A stretch of DNA of 64,000 bases from Rhina ancylostomus (taxonomy: Eukaryota): the NCBI GenBank assembly GCA_030265395.1, contig JARFYF010000084.1, forward strand, positions 82,422,254 through 82,486,253, read 5' to 3'. The notes below the pieces were generated by a model. It was not told where the DNA came from. It worked only from the letters and a program-made list of their open reading frames with translations, and made no database searches. Of the stretch, positions 1-10,757 are shown piece after piece (the stretch's first letter is position 1; the number at the start of each line of letters is the position of its first letter). The position numbers and the translations under genes are program-made.

Positions 1-309
1 AGGATTGTTCACCTTTAACTTTTAGTGTGACTTCTTAAGAATAATCAAAGAACTTAGGCAAGAACTAATGCAATGCTGCATATTGTTATGATATCAATGA
101 TTGTCAAGTAATTTCTGAATATCTATTCTGTTATTTTATGGATATTAATATACAGTAAATATATATTTTCTTGGCATCCTTTGAAATGCAAAGTAGTCTG
201 CAGGGAGGCAATCTTCTAATACATTTTGTGGCAGTTTAGTACTGAAACAGCAATAGACTATGGTAGGATAGGTTTGTGAGTTGCATAACAACTTCAACAC
301 AATTTCTAT

Positions 310-410
310 TGCAAACAAGGTCAGAAAATGGTGGAAATGCTACATTTCAGGCAGCTTCTGTGGCGAGAGAAACAGAATTAATGTTTTTGGTTAATAAATT
401 ATCAGCACTA
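310..410 (-). mobile_element. Decayed copy of the Penelope-associated hammerhead-bearing short repeat
   Basis: CAGAAAATGGTGGAA…CAGGCAGCTTCTGTGGCGAGAGAAACAGAATTAATGTTT matches the copies at 5500 and 60185. The ribozyme core is eroded. Confidence 0.65.
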
Positions 411-619
411 GGCTGTTTGAAATTGAACATTCTTGAAGTTAGAGAGAAGGGGAGAGACGGATGAAGAGAGCGTCTGTGATCAAGAGAAACTGACAAAAGG
501 TGGTGGTGTCACTTGAGAGGGAGGTAAAGATTTGATAAACACAGCTGATCTATCTGGAGGTTCAAATAAGAAATGAATGTGTACAGAGAAGAGGGAGAGA
601 ACCACGCTGAGACTGTAGC

Positions 620-1552
620 ATACAAAATAATGCAGTTGCTGGAGATATGAAATAAAAGAACATTGGATATACTCAGCAGGTCAAGCAGCAACTATGGAGA
701 GAGAAAAAAAAATGAAGTTAGTGTTACAGTTTGATGATCTTTCAATAGAATTCTGATCCAATCTAGAAAGGCTAGTTATCCAAAGTTGTTAAATTCAATA
801 GTATATCTTGAGGGCTGAAGCCTGCCGAATTGGAAGCTGAGATGTTATTTCTGTAGATTATGTTGAGCTTCATTTGAACAGTCAAAGACAGAGGTTGGAG
901 TGGGAGTGAAATGGAGAATTAAAATGATAGGTAATCAGAAGATCAGGGCTACCCTTGAAGACTGAGCTTGTCACAATGTTGATCCAGAGCAAACTCAGAG
1001 AACCCAAATGCAGCACACTGATACAAGACTGGAGTCAGGATANNNNNNNNNNNNNNNNNNNNNNNNNNNNNNNNNNNNNNNNNNNNNNNNNNNNNNNNNN
1101 NNNNNNNNNNNNNNNNNNNNNNNNNNNNNNNNNNNNNNNNNNTTAATGGAGACTTGTTGATGAAATTGAAATGTTTTGTTATGTTTGCTTCCACCCAGCA
1201 CTCATTTTCACATGGTCCATTTCTGTCTTTCTTTTATTTTTGCAAATTATCTATTTCCAAGGGAATAGGTCAATGACCTATATCCTACAGCTACTTTGAC
1301 TACACTTCCTCACACCCTGGTTCCAGCAAGGACTCCACCTCTCAATTATTCTTGCTCTGTCACATCTGTTCTGATGATGCCACCTACCACACCAGTTCCT
1401 CTGAGATTCTAACTTTACCTGGTTCTGGAAAGTCAGTGATCTGAAACTTGATTCTTTCCCTCTTGAACAATGCTACCTGGCCTGCAGACTTTCTTGACAT
1501 TTTCTGTTTTTATTTCAGATTTCCAGCTTCTGCAGGGTTTTCTTTTGCTTTT
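620..1552. mobile_element. Penelope-like retroelement relic with inverted arrangement: minus-strand GIY-YIG C-terminus, plus-strand RT C-terminus, inverted terminal repeats
   Basis: About 775-1040 on the minus strand resembles the PLE endonuclease end (…RKLEEQHLIFRLGxLQPSGLNIEF type, decayed). 1288-1408 on the plus strand reads SYFDYTSSHPGSSKDS…LCHICSDDATYHTSSSEI, the PLE RT thumb motif. About 625-750 and 1421-1545 are opposite-orientation copies of the hammerhead-bearing repeat. A gap lies at 1043-1142. Confidence 0.75.
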
Positions 1553-2865
1553 TGATTATAGTCTCTATTGAACACTATAGACTATTTACAAAGCCTTGTT
1601 TACCTTTGTCATTTATTACCAACTCATTTTAAATTAACTAAGAAGAAACCATCATGACCACAAACTTGTACGCTGACTGGCTTGTTGGAATATATGCAGG
1701 GGGAAATAACTGGGTTGAATTCCTTGAAGATTTCACTGAATAAGTTGGAATTGAGCCAAGCATCTTGGGAACACGAGCTAGGAATTCAGTCCCTTGGGCT
1801 TACTCTATCATAAATAGGCGGCTTATATCTCAGTTCCATCAACCTCCCTTTAATTGTAATCCCTTGATATTTATTCTTAACTTATTCTTATTAATTCTTA
1901 ATAGGTCTACCTTTCTGACTCCGAGATGTTAGAATCCAAATTGTTTTGTGATTTAAAAGTTCTGCATTTCCACAATTTTTTTGATTGGGAAAAGTGCTTC
2001 CTGTCATAACTACAAAGTGGCCAACATCTGACTTTAAAATTGCCCTGAACTGGCCCTTCAGAAGAAGTATATTTTCTTCCTCCTCCTCTCAAAACCATTA
2101 ATTATTTTACAGGCCACAATGAGGTCATTGTTTAACTTTCATAGCTCAAGGAAATACAACCCAATTTTGTGCAACCTGTTGTTATACTTTACCCCTTTAT
2201 GCCCTGTATCATCCCAGGGAATGAAAAGGAGTTTATCTCTGTATGTTCCTTTTTTGTTAATTTGTCTCTGCACCTTAAAGTACTTGACAGGGTAGTGAAA
2301 TTGAATTCATTGATAACTTTGAAAGGGAATTGGATATGTACTCAAAGAACACATTGGGATTGGGTGGGAATTCCTCAGAGAACTGTCACAGACACATTGG
2401 GCCAAATGGCCCAGTGATGTTTGATTCTGTGATACAATATGAATCTCAGTACATTTAGACTGAAATAAAACATTCTTTTATGTAAAAAAAGACTCGACAC
2501 GAGAGTTTGTGCAAGAATCAGCACCTTTTTCAACTGATTTCATTCTTTCTTAAAGAGCATTTGAAATGCAATATTAATATCTGCCCCTCCTTAGTCAACC
2601 CTTTAAGCTGCTGCTGAATGAAAATTTCACCACAACTTTCAGACTTTGGTTTTCAGACCTTAGTCAGTCAATGTTTCAATCTCTGAAAAGCATCTCAATT
2701 TTCACCATGCTGATATCTTTTAACATTGGAATGCAGATTGCCTCAGGAATGGGAAAGTAAGAGTGCTGATTGGAAAATAGCAGGACTTGGCTTTCACAGC
2801 TACCGAGGAGGCCTTTTGTGGTGAAATGTTGCATAAATAATGCCAACAAGGGTCGAAATTCAGTG

Positions 2866-2879
2866 GTTGCCATGGAGAC
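2866..2879. promoter_or_regulatory. RFX X-box motif
   Basis: GTTGCCATGGAGAC is a 12/14 match to the palindromic X-box consensus GTTGCCATGGCAAC. Confidence 0.6.
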
Positions 2880-2948
2880 CTTTGTGCCTGGGTGAACTCC
2901 ATTCTACTCTGCTTGGAAGGCAGTGAGCACTCAGGCTGCCTGCATTGG

Positions 2949-3095
2949 ATGAGGCATTTTCTAATGAGTAGAAAAAGTTGTTTGCTCATTGGAAAGAATG
3001 TTAACTTGGGAAGACTTGGAGCATTTTGCTTTACTATTTACATAGCATGGTCCACATTCAGGTACTGGAACCGGGAATTTATCGATTTTGAGTAA
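2949..3095 (+). CDS. Candidate uORF/microprotein (48 aa from ATG 2949; 43 aa from ATG 2964) with a hydrophobic core
   Basis: MRHFLMSRKSCLLIGKNVNLGRLGAFCFTIYIAWSTFRYWNREFIDFE. Ends in tandem stops TAA TGA one base before a GT donor. Translation is unverified. Confidence 0.35.
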   Translation: MRHFLMSRKSCLLIGKNVNLGRLGAFCFTIYIAWSTFRYWNREFIDFE

Positions 3096-3826
3096 TGAGG
3101 TAACGCTGACTTTTTTTTTCATAAATGCTTGTGAATTGGGTAAGGTGCTTTGTCCTTTAGTTTGTCTGGTCAACAAATGCAGTAGCTGACAGCAATTTTT
3201 TGTCTGGGCCGGAGAAGGAAGGGAAATGAATTCTGTTTGCCTTGTGAGCAAACATGGGGGTGATTCGCCTGGTATCAATTATTTTTTGGATAAGAATTGG
3301 AGACTTGTAAGAGCCAGCTTGATCTACAACAGTTTACCTCGTCATTTATTGTATGTGAAGCTTAAGATAATTCCACAAGAAAAATATCCCTTGCAAACAA
3401 ACCCCTGCAGACAAACTGTAACTGGTGACCATTTGCTGTCTTTAGTTCTACCAGCACCCCACCCCTCCCATTCAAAACTTCAGGTTGTTGCAAAATACTT
3501 GTGCTTATTTTCTCGGATCTCCAGAATAGAGAAGGAGCATTTGAGGTAAAGTTGGAAGTGATTATTTTTATTTCTTGAAGAATTGAAGGGGAATTCTGAA
3601 AGTTCTTCAAAGTAAAAAGTGTGTGCTTGTGAGAAGGTAGGTCCAGCACACGCTGGTGGAGGAATGTAATGATGAATCCATCCTGTGAATAAATATAGAT
3701 GGCATTCAAAGATGAAGCAAATAAAAATAATCAGCCTCTCTTCCCCACCTCCCCCATCGACCTGGAGATCAGCCTGGAGCCGATTTGTCTTGAACGACAA
3801 TGCCCCTGAGATGTGCAAAGCTTTTA

Positions 3827-3890
3827 TGTTGTGTATTTGTGCCTAATCTTAGTTCTGTTGTGTATTTGTGCCTAATCTTATTTCTGTTGT
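3827..3890. repeat. 29-bp tandem duplication
   Basis: TGTTGTGTATTTGTGCCTAATCTTA(G/T)TTC x2, plus a partial third unit. Confidence 0.9.
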
Positions 3891-4073
3891 ATCATTGTTG
3901 TGCACTGTGATGTGTGATGCAAGCAGTGTCCCTTGTGATGTCTGTGATGTCTGGTCTCCTGAACTAAGCAGAATAATATTTTATTGAGACCTGCACTGAT
4001 TTAAAAGAAAGTTCAGCCTTTAAGTTAAGGATATGGATATGATCCATATTCTTATGAGGATATGGTCCATAAA

Positions 4074-4400
4074 GGGCGGCATGATAGCGTAGTGGTTAGC
4101 ACAACGCTATTACAGCACCAGCAACCTGGGTTTGATTCCCACAGCTGCCTGTAGNNNNNNNNNNNNNNNNNNNNNNNNNNNNNNNNNNNNNNNNNNNNNN
4201 NNNNNNNNNNNNNNNNNNNNNNNNNNNNNNNNNNNNNNNNNNNNNNNNNNNNNNTTCCTCCGGGTGCTCCGGTTTCCTCCCACATTCCAAAGACATATGG
4301 GTAGGTTAATTTGGGGTTTAAAATGGGTGGCATGGACTCGTTGGGCAGGAAGGGCCTGTTACCACGTTGTAAATAAAATTTTGAAAATTTTTTTTAAAAA
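4074..4400 (+). mobile_element. tRNA-derived V-SINE (HE1-like)
   Basis: A-box-like TAGCGTAGTGG, B-box-like GGTTTGATTCC, V-domain TTCCTCCGGGTGCTCCGGTTTCCTCCCACATTCCAAAGAC, CR1-type tail GAAGGGCCTGTT. Internal N gap. Confidence 0.85.
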
Positions 4401-5043
4401 AAGGGAGTTCGCTCATTTAATACTTATGATGAAACTGGGGCTTCAGTGTTTCATTTTGATAGAACTGTTAAGCTTTGAAACTTTATAAATGCAAATTGTC
4501 AACTGTGACGGGGTTTGGAGACCACGGGGACATCAGATCTGGAATAGCAAATGGAAAGGAGCCAAGAAAAATGGGAAATATCAAAGATGAATTTTCAGCT
4601 ACGAACTCCCCAGCAATAAATGCAAAGTGCCTCATTTTTTCTGCTATGTTATTCAACTTATGCTTTTAGATATAATAGTCCTTTTTAGAAATGTTCTCAC
4701 GAATTCGCTTATTTCTTCATCACTCCTGAACTTGATAATTTGTCGCTTGCCATCCTTGCCCAAAAACTGATGCTGTTTCAGTCACCTATAATGGTCAGTG
4801 TGGTCACAGGGCATCTCACAGTCAAGCTGAATCTCATTCAAAACTCACTTCACACTTTTTCTTCTGTATCCTATCTGAGTTATTGAGATGAAGTGCAAAA
4901 AACTCATTTGTGAACCATGTGCAGTAGTTACTGCTCAGTCATCAGGGGAGCTAACCCTATCTAAAATATTTATCTGGAGATGTAATTTTGGGCATGTAAT
5001 TATAGAATAAATTTTATCAATGCATAATCATAATCTACAGTAT

Positions 5044-5370
5044 CAACTTGCCTTTATATAACATCTTAAGCATTGCTAAATATCACAAGATGCTTGACAG
5101 AAACTTTGATTTCATTGAAGGGTGTTTTGAAGGAGAAGAAGTTGAAGTAATATTATAGAACAGTATAGGAAAGAAATTCAAACTTCAAGGGCATGGAGTT
5201 GAAGGCATGGCTGCCAGTGGTGGGGTGAAACAAGGTGTGATGCACAAGATGCCAGAACTGGAGGAATGCAGAGATCTCAAAGGGTGGTTGAACTGGAGGA
5301 AGTCTTGCAGATAGGGGTGTGGGGAAAAGCCCAAAGCAACAGAGTGATTTGAACATGTGGATTATCATTG
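5044..5370 (-). mobile_element. L2-clade LINE 3' end
   Basis: GAAGGCATGGCTGCCAGTGGTGGGG…GCCAGAACTGGAGGAATGCAGAGATCTC: reverse of the L2 C-terminal LRSS..GLL..P….TxGxRAF motif. Confidence 0.7.
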
Positions 5371-5496
5371 TAAGATCAAATGAAACCTGTGTGGTGGTGT
5401 TGAAAGATCTAAGAAATTATTCTTCCCCAGAAATTTTCCCCATTTTGTTCAAAAATATAGCAGGAGCAGAGTCTAAAACTCAGTTGTGGTAATGGA

Positions 5497-5626
5497 AAAT
5501 AAAACTTCAGATGCTGGAATCTGAAACCAAAACAGAAATGCTGGAAGAATTAGCCAGTCAATCAGCATCTGTGGAAAGAGAAACCAGTTAAATATTTCAG
5601 GTCAACGACCTTCATCAGAACAACTG
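5497..5626 (-). mobile_element. Penelope-associated short repeat with hammerhead motif
   Basis: CAGATGCTGGAATCTGAAACCAAAACAGAAATGCTGGAA…CAGCATCTGTGGAAAGAGAAAC, followed by the ribozyme motif. Confidence 0.8.
5585..5626 (-). ncRNA. Minimal type-I hammerhead ribozyme motif
   Basis: Minus strand: cagttgtt-CTGATGA-aggtc-gtt-gacct-GAAA-tattt-aactg. Core boxes intact, perfect 5-bp stem II, palindromic helix III (AAATATTT), cagtt/aactg flanks. Confidence 0.7.
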
Positions 5627-6124
5627 TGGTAAATTGTGATTGGAGTGGGGCACTCATGTGAAAGTTGAATGGCCAAACATAGAAATTCCAGAGTTAAAGG
5701 CTTTGGACAAGCCACTTTGACATGACGTGTTTGGAAATGAGACTAAATAGTCCTTCATTGGTCCATTGCTTTGCTAGATAACCTCTGCTGCTGGAGAAAA
5801 ATATCCTCTTGAATTGCTAAACAATGTCCATTCTCTGTCATGAGGCTGAGAATATTGCAGTGGTTCAGTTCTGGGCTACATCACTCTTGGTACAAGCTCT
5901 CCTTGGCCCACTAATTTAAATTAAAAGGTAATGTTCAGTGCTTTCCAAAATGTTAAACAANNNNNNNNNNCAAATTATGTAATAACTCAGTTTAATTGTG
6001 GCTGTATGCTGAAGGCACTGATATCACTAGCAGGAAAGTAGTGAGGGATGCACAAGATACTATAGTTGGAGACACACACAGTTCTCTTTAAGGGGCATTA
6101 TAAAGCTGAAGGAGGTCACTATAA

Positions 6125-6873
6125 AGAAAACCTTCACAGCACCTTTCATGGCCTTAGAACATCCCAAAGGATATTGCAGCTGTCAATAAAGTAGTCTGAA
6201 GTTTAGTCATTGCAAGGGAGGAACTCTACAGACCACTGAGTGATAGCCACAGTGGCCCAGCTCGGCTAGCAGAGCCACTGCCTCACAGTGCCAGACACCC
6301 AGGTTCAATCGTGACCTCAGGTGCTGTATCTGTAGAGTTTGCACGTTTTCCCTGTGACTGTGTGGGTTTCCTTCAGGAACTCCAGTTTCCTCTTGCGTCC
6401 CAAAATGTATGGGTTGGTAGGTCAGTTGGCCACTGCAAGTTGTCCCTAGTGTGCAGGTGAGTGGTAGAATCTGGTGGAATTTAATGAGAATGTGGGGAAA
6501 ATAAAAAATGGCCTAAATGTAGGATTAGTATCAATGACTGGTTGATGGTGGGTGCAAACATTGTGGGCTGAAGGGCCTATTTCCATGCTGTTCTATGACT
6601 GTACAAACACTAGATAATATCTTAGCTGTTATGATGTTGATTGAGGTCTAATAATTAGCTAAAATATTGTTGCTAACTTTCCTGCTCTTTCAAATTATGT
6701 CATGGGACTTTGAAGAGCACCTCAATTTAATGGCCAATCCAAACGATGGCATCTTTAACAATGCTTTGGTGTCTCAGTATCAGCAGATGTGCTCATGCTG
6801 CTAGAATGGAATTTGAAACCACAGTCGTCTGACTCAAAGGTATGAGTGTAATCAGCTGAGCCACATCTGACAC
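6125..6873 (-). mobile_element. Deu-domain SINE (SacSINE1/AmnSINE1-like), split by a V-SINE
   Basis: Tail at 6125-6245 (AGCACCTTTCATGGCCTTAGAACATCCCAAAG). Body and head at 6601-6873 (CCTGCTCTTTCAAATTATGTCATGGGA…CAGCTGAGCCAC). Confidence 0.65.
6246..6600 (+). mobile_element. V-SINE nested in a Deu-domain SINE
   Basis: tRNA head with GGTTCAATC, GAGTTTGCACGTTTTCCCTGTGACTGTGTGGGTTTCC, tail GGGCTGAAGGGCCTATTTCCATGCTGTTCTATGACT. Confidence 0.85.
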
Positions 6874-7704
6874 TGAGAGAGGTTCAAAACCAAGGAAGGA
6901 TTAGGGATCAGGCAGATTTTGTGTGTATTTGATATGATTTGTGAACTCTTACTGGGATTGGACAGAGTATGAGGTTTTGGTGGGTTTCAGGATGAAATAT
7001 GGAATGAGACTGCTGGTGACTGGGATGCTTGTACAACTGGCAAGGGACTGTATTAAAGGATGAAACTTAAAACAGTGGACTGGAGTGAAGTGATGTTTGG
7101 CTAGCAAGATGGTAATGGATGCAAAGGATGTTTTTTAAAAAGTAATCTGATCAAAGGGCTTTGGGTTGTTTATGTATGGATAAATTAAAACACAGGAAAT
7201 CTTATGAGCTGATTAACAGAATTAGGCATCAGTGACCCCGGTAAAAATAACCTAGCATTATCCACAATCTGAAATTTGAGTTGAGAATGTAGCACTGATT
7301 TCACTTCTCACTTTTGCAGACCTGCATGATTAAATTTCCCAGGGTTGTTTTTTTTTAAGTTCTGGATTCATTTTCACTGCTGCAGTTTAGGCTCATTTTT
7401 TGAAAACATTTCTTTTTCCAGGGGCCTTAACCATCTCCATCTCCTGCATGGGGTAAAATGGGGTCACACTGCTTCCCTGGTTTTATTATGCAACACGCAA
7501 TGATTGAGAACGATGAAGGATGCCTTCTGGTATTTCTCCCACCTGCACAACTTCCTGGCATGTGCTAGACTTTCTTGTCAATAGCTGCCTATCAGCAATG
7601 GTTGGCAACCTCCTGTCTGTAACAACCTGCCACAGAATTTTTGCTGTGAGCCAGCATCTGCTCCCTGTTGCATCATTGCTAAAAGTTTGACTATGCTTTC
7701 GGAC

Positions 7705-8015
7705 TTTGAAATGAAATGTTATTGTAATCTTAAAATCACATGGCCACAAAGTACAATGAGATAAAAGCTCTTTTGCAGTGAAGTTGGTTGAATGGTTAAT
7801 ATTAGCCAATAATGAGGAGAATTTTGCAATAGTAATATAGGATCTCCTTCGTTTGCTCAAAGGGGCAGATGGGGTCTTGGTTTAACATATAAACCAAATG
7901 TCAACATCTTTGATAAAGTAATCCTCCCTTCATTGCTGCGTTGGAATGTTAGTCCAGGATTTGTGCTCCAGTCTCTGGTGCGAGACTCTGAGCCAGGGGT
8001 GCTGCCAGCTGAGCT
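7705..8015 (-). mobile_element. Decayed Deu-domain SINE
   Basis: GTTGGTTGAATGGTTAATATTAGCCA…GGGGCAGATGGGGTCTTGGTTTAAC…TTGTGCTCCAGTCTCTGG match the reverse of the Deu consensus. Confidence 0.6.
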
Positions 8016-8517
8016 ATGGCAACCACCAGTCTGAGGAAATTATTGATTTGTGTTGGACAGAGACAACCAGGGGTCCGATTGAAGTTGAGGTGTATTCATT
8101 GACTGACTTCACATTGTTGGGAGATTTGAGAGATCTCTGTTTCATCGCAACTCGGCAGTTATGACGATCTCCAAATCCTACATGTAGGCAGATACTGAAA
8201 TACTGGAGCAAGTCTTGACTGCAGATTGCTGTTTTCAGCCAGACTGATTTTTGTTTTCCCCNNNNNNNNNNNNNNNNNNNNNNNNNNNNNNNNNNNNNNN
8301 NNNNNNNNNNNNNNNNNNNNNNNNNNNNNNNNNNNNNNNNNNNNNNNNNNNNNNNNNNNNNACCCCAGGGAGCCACAAGAGTGGCATCAGTGTTGTTTTT
8401 ATATAAAAAGGTAACACTAATGATTGCTCCGTACACAAATGTCAAGGTTTGCACTGTTTCATTGTTGTATATAGTTTGTTTTTAATGATTAGTTTATTTT
8501 GGAATAATATTAAAAAA

Positions 8518-10756
8518 ATACTGGATCTCCTCTTAGGGAATGAGACAGGGCAGGTGACAGAAGTATGTGTTGAGGAACACTTTGGATCTAATGATCATAA
8601 TTCCATTAGTTTCAAGATAATTATGGAGAAGGATAAGTCTGGTCCTTGGGTTGAGATTCTAAATTGGAGTAAGGCCAATTGTGATGCCATCAGAAGGGAT
8701 CTGGCTGGTGTGGATTGGGATAGGCTGTTTTCCAGCAAAGAGATGCTTGATAATTGGGAGGCTTTCAAAAGTGAAATATTGAGAGTGTAGAATCTATGTT
8801 CCTGTTAGAATAAAAGGCTAGCAGGTTTAGGGAACCTTGGTTATGGAAGGATATTGAGGTCCTGGTAAAGAGAAAGAAGGTGGCACACATCAGGTGTAGG
8901 CAGTTAGGATCAAATGAGGTGCTTGAGTATAGAAATGCAAGAGAACACTTGAGAGAAATCAGGACAGCAAAAAGATGACTAGGTTGCTCTTGCAGACAGG
9001 GTGAAAAGAGAATACCAAGGGTTTCTACAGCTATACTAAGAGCAAAAGGGTAGCAAGGGACAAAATTGTTCCTCTTAAAGATCAGAGTGGTCATCTATAC
9101 ATAAAGCCAAAAGAGAAGGGGGAAGATCTTAAATGAATTTTTTGCATCCATGTTTACTGTGGAGACAGTAAACACAGAACTGAGGAAAAAGTGTATCAAG
9201 GATTACAGAAGAGGAGGTGCTAGCTGTGATGAGGCAAATTAAGGTGGATAAATCCCCAGGGCCTGACAAGGTGCCCCTCTGATCTTGTGGGAGGCTAATG
9301 TAGAAATTGCAGAGGGTCTGACAGAGATTTAAAATGTCCTTCTCCACAGATGAGGTGCTAGAGGACTGGAGGATAGCTAATGTTGTTCAAGAAAAGCTCT
9401 AAGAGTAAGCCAGGAAATGATAGGCCAGTGAGCCTGATAATCAGTCATGGGTAAATCATTGGAAGGTATTCCAAAGGACAGGATATATTTGGATAGACAG
9501 GGCCTGATTAGGGATAGTGAACATAGCTTTGTGCATGGTAGGTGATGTCTAACTAATGCTGTAGTTTTGAGGAGGTTACCAAGAAGGTCGATGAGGGAAT
9601 GGTAGTGGATGTTGTCTACATGAACTTTAGCAAGGCCTTTGACAAAGTCCCATATGGGAGGCTGCTCCAGAAGGTTAAGTCGCTTGGCATTCAGGATGAA
9701 GTAGTCAATTGGATTCAATGGTTTAGCAGGAGAAGCCAGAGAGTGGTAGTAGATGGTTGTCTCCCTGACTGAAGGTCTGTGTCTAGTGGTGTGCCACAGA
9801 GATGGGTGCTGGGCCATTGTTGTTTATCATCCATATTAATGATTTAGATGATGTGGTAAACTAGATCAGCAAATTTGCAGGTAACACCAAGACTGGGGGT
9901 GTAGTGGACAACAAGGAAGGCTATCAAAGCCTGCAGTGTGATCTTGACCAACTAGGTAAATAGGCTGGAAAAATGGCAGATGAAATGTAATACAGACGTG
10001 CAAGGTGTTACACTTTGGGAGGAAAAACCAAGGTAACACTTACACAGACAATGGTAGGGCTCTGAGGTGTGCAATAGAACAAAGGGATCTGGGAATACAG
10101 ATCCATTGTTCCTTGAGTGGCATTGCAGGTAGATAGGGTTATAAAGATCTTTTGGCATTTTAGTCTTCATAAATCAGAGCATTGAGTACAGGAGTTGGTA
10201 TGTGATGTTGAAGCTGTACAGGATGTTGGTGAGGCCGATTGTGTGCAGTTCTGTTCACCTACCTACAGGAAACATATCAATCAGCTTGAAAGAGTGCAGA
10301 GAAAATTTACAAGGATGTTGCCAGGACGAGGACCTGAGTTATAGGGAAAGGTTGAATAGGTTAGGACTTCATTCCCTGGAGTGCAGGAGAATGAGAGAAG
10401 ATCTTGTATACAAAATGACGAGGGGTACAGATAGGGTGAATGCATGCAGGCTTTTTCCCCTAAGGTTGGGTGAGACTAGAAACAGAAGACATAGGTTTAG
10501 GGTGAAATATTCGAGGGGAATCTGACGGGAAACTTCTTCACTCAGAGGATGGTGCAAATGTGGAACGAGCTGCCAGCGGAAGTAGTGGATGCCGGTTAAA
10601 TTGCAACATTTAAGAAAAGTTTGGATAGGTACGTGGATGGGAAGGGTTTGGAGGGATATGGTCCAGGTGCAGGTAGATGGCAGTAGGCAGAAGATCAGGT
10701 CGACATGGACTAGATGGCCTGAAGGGTCTGTTTTTGTGCTGTAGTACTCTGACTCT
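8518..10756 (+). mobile_element. CR1-clade LINE (HER1-like), 5'-truncated ORF2 with endonuclease end, RT and 3' tail; many stops and frameshifts
   Basis: LDLLLGNETGQVTEVCVEEHFGSNDHNSISFKI; VDVVYMNFSKAFDKVP; SKFAGNTK (decayed FADD); RLNRLGLHSLECRRMRED; tail GAAGGGTCTGTTTTTGTGCTGTAGTACTCTGACTCT. Confidence 0.92.
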
Positions 10757-10757
10757 A

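Larger units (their letters stand above)
2720..3105 (+). promoter_or_regulatory. Candidate internal promoter and alternative first exon of CTNND2
   Basis: No recognisable TE similarity. Inverted CCAAT box CTGATTGG at 2766-2773, POU-like TGCATAAATAA at 2830-2840, RFX X-box at 2866-2879, several retained CpGs, and donor GAG|GTAACG after 3099. Confidence 0.5.

Noticed and set aside
4074-4154. tRNA gene
   Set aside because: The A/B boxes belong to a SINE head followed by a V-domain and LINE tail. There is no cloverleaf with a proper acceptor stem.
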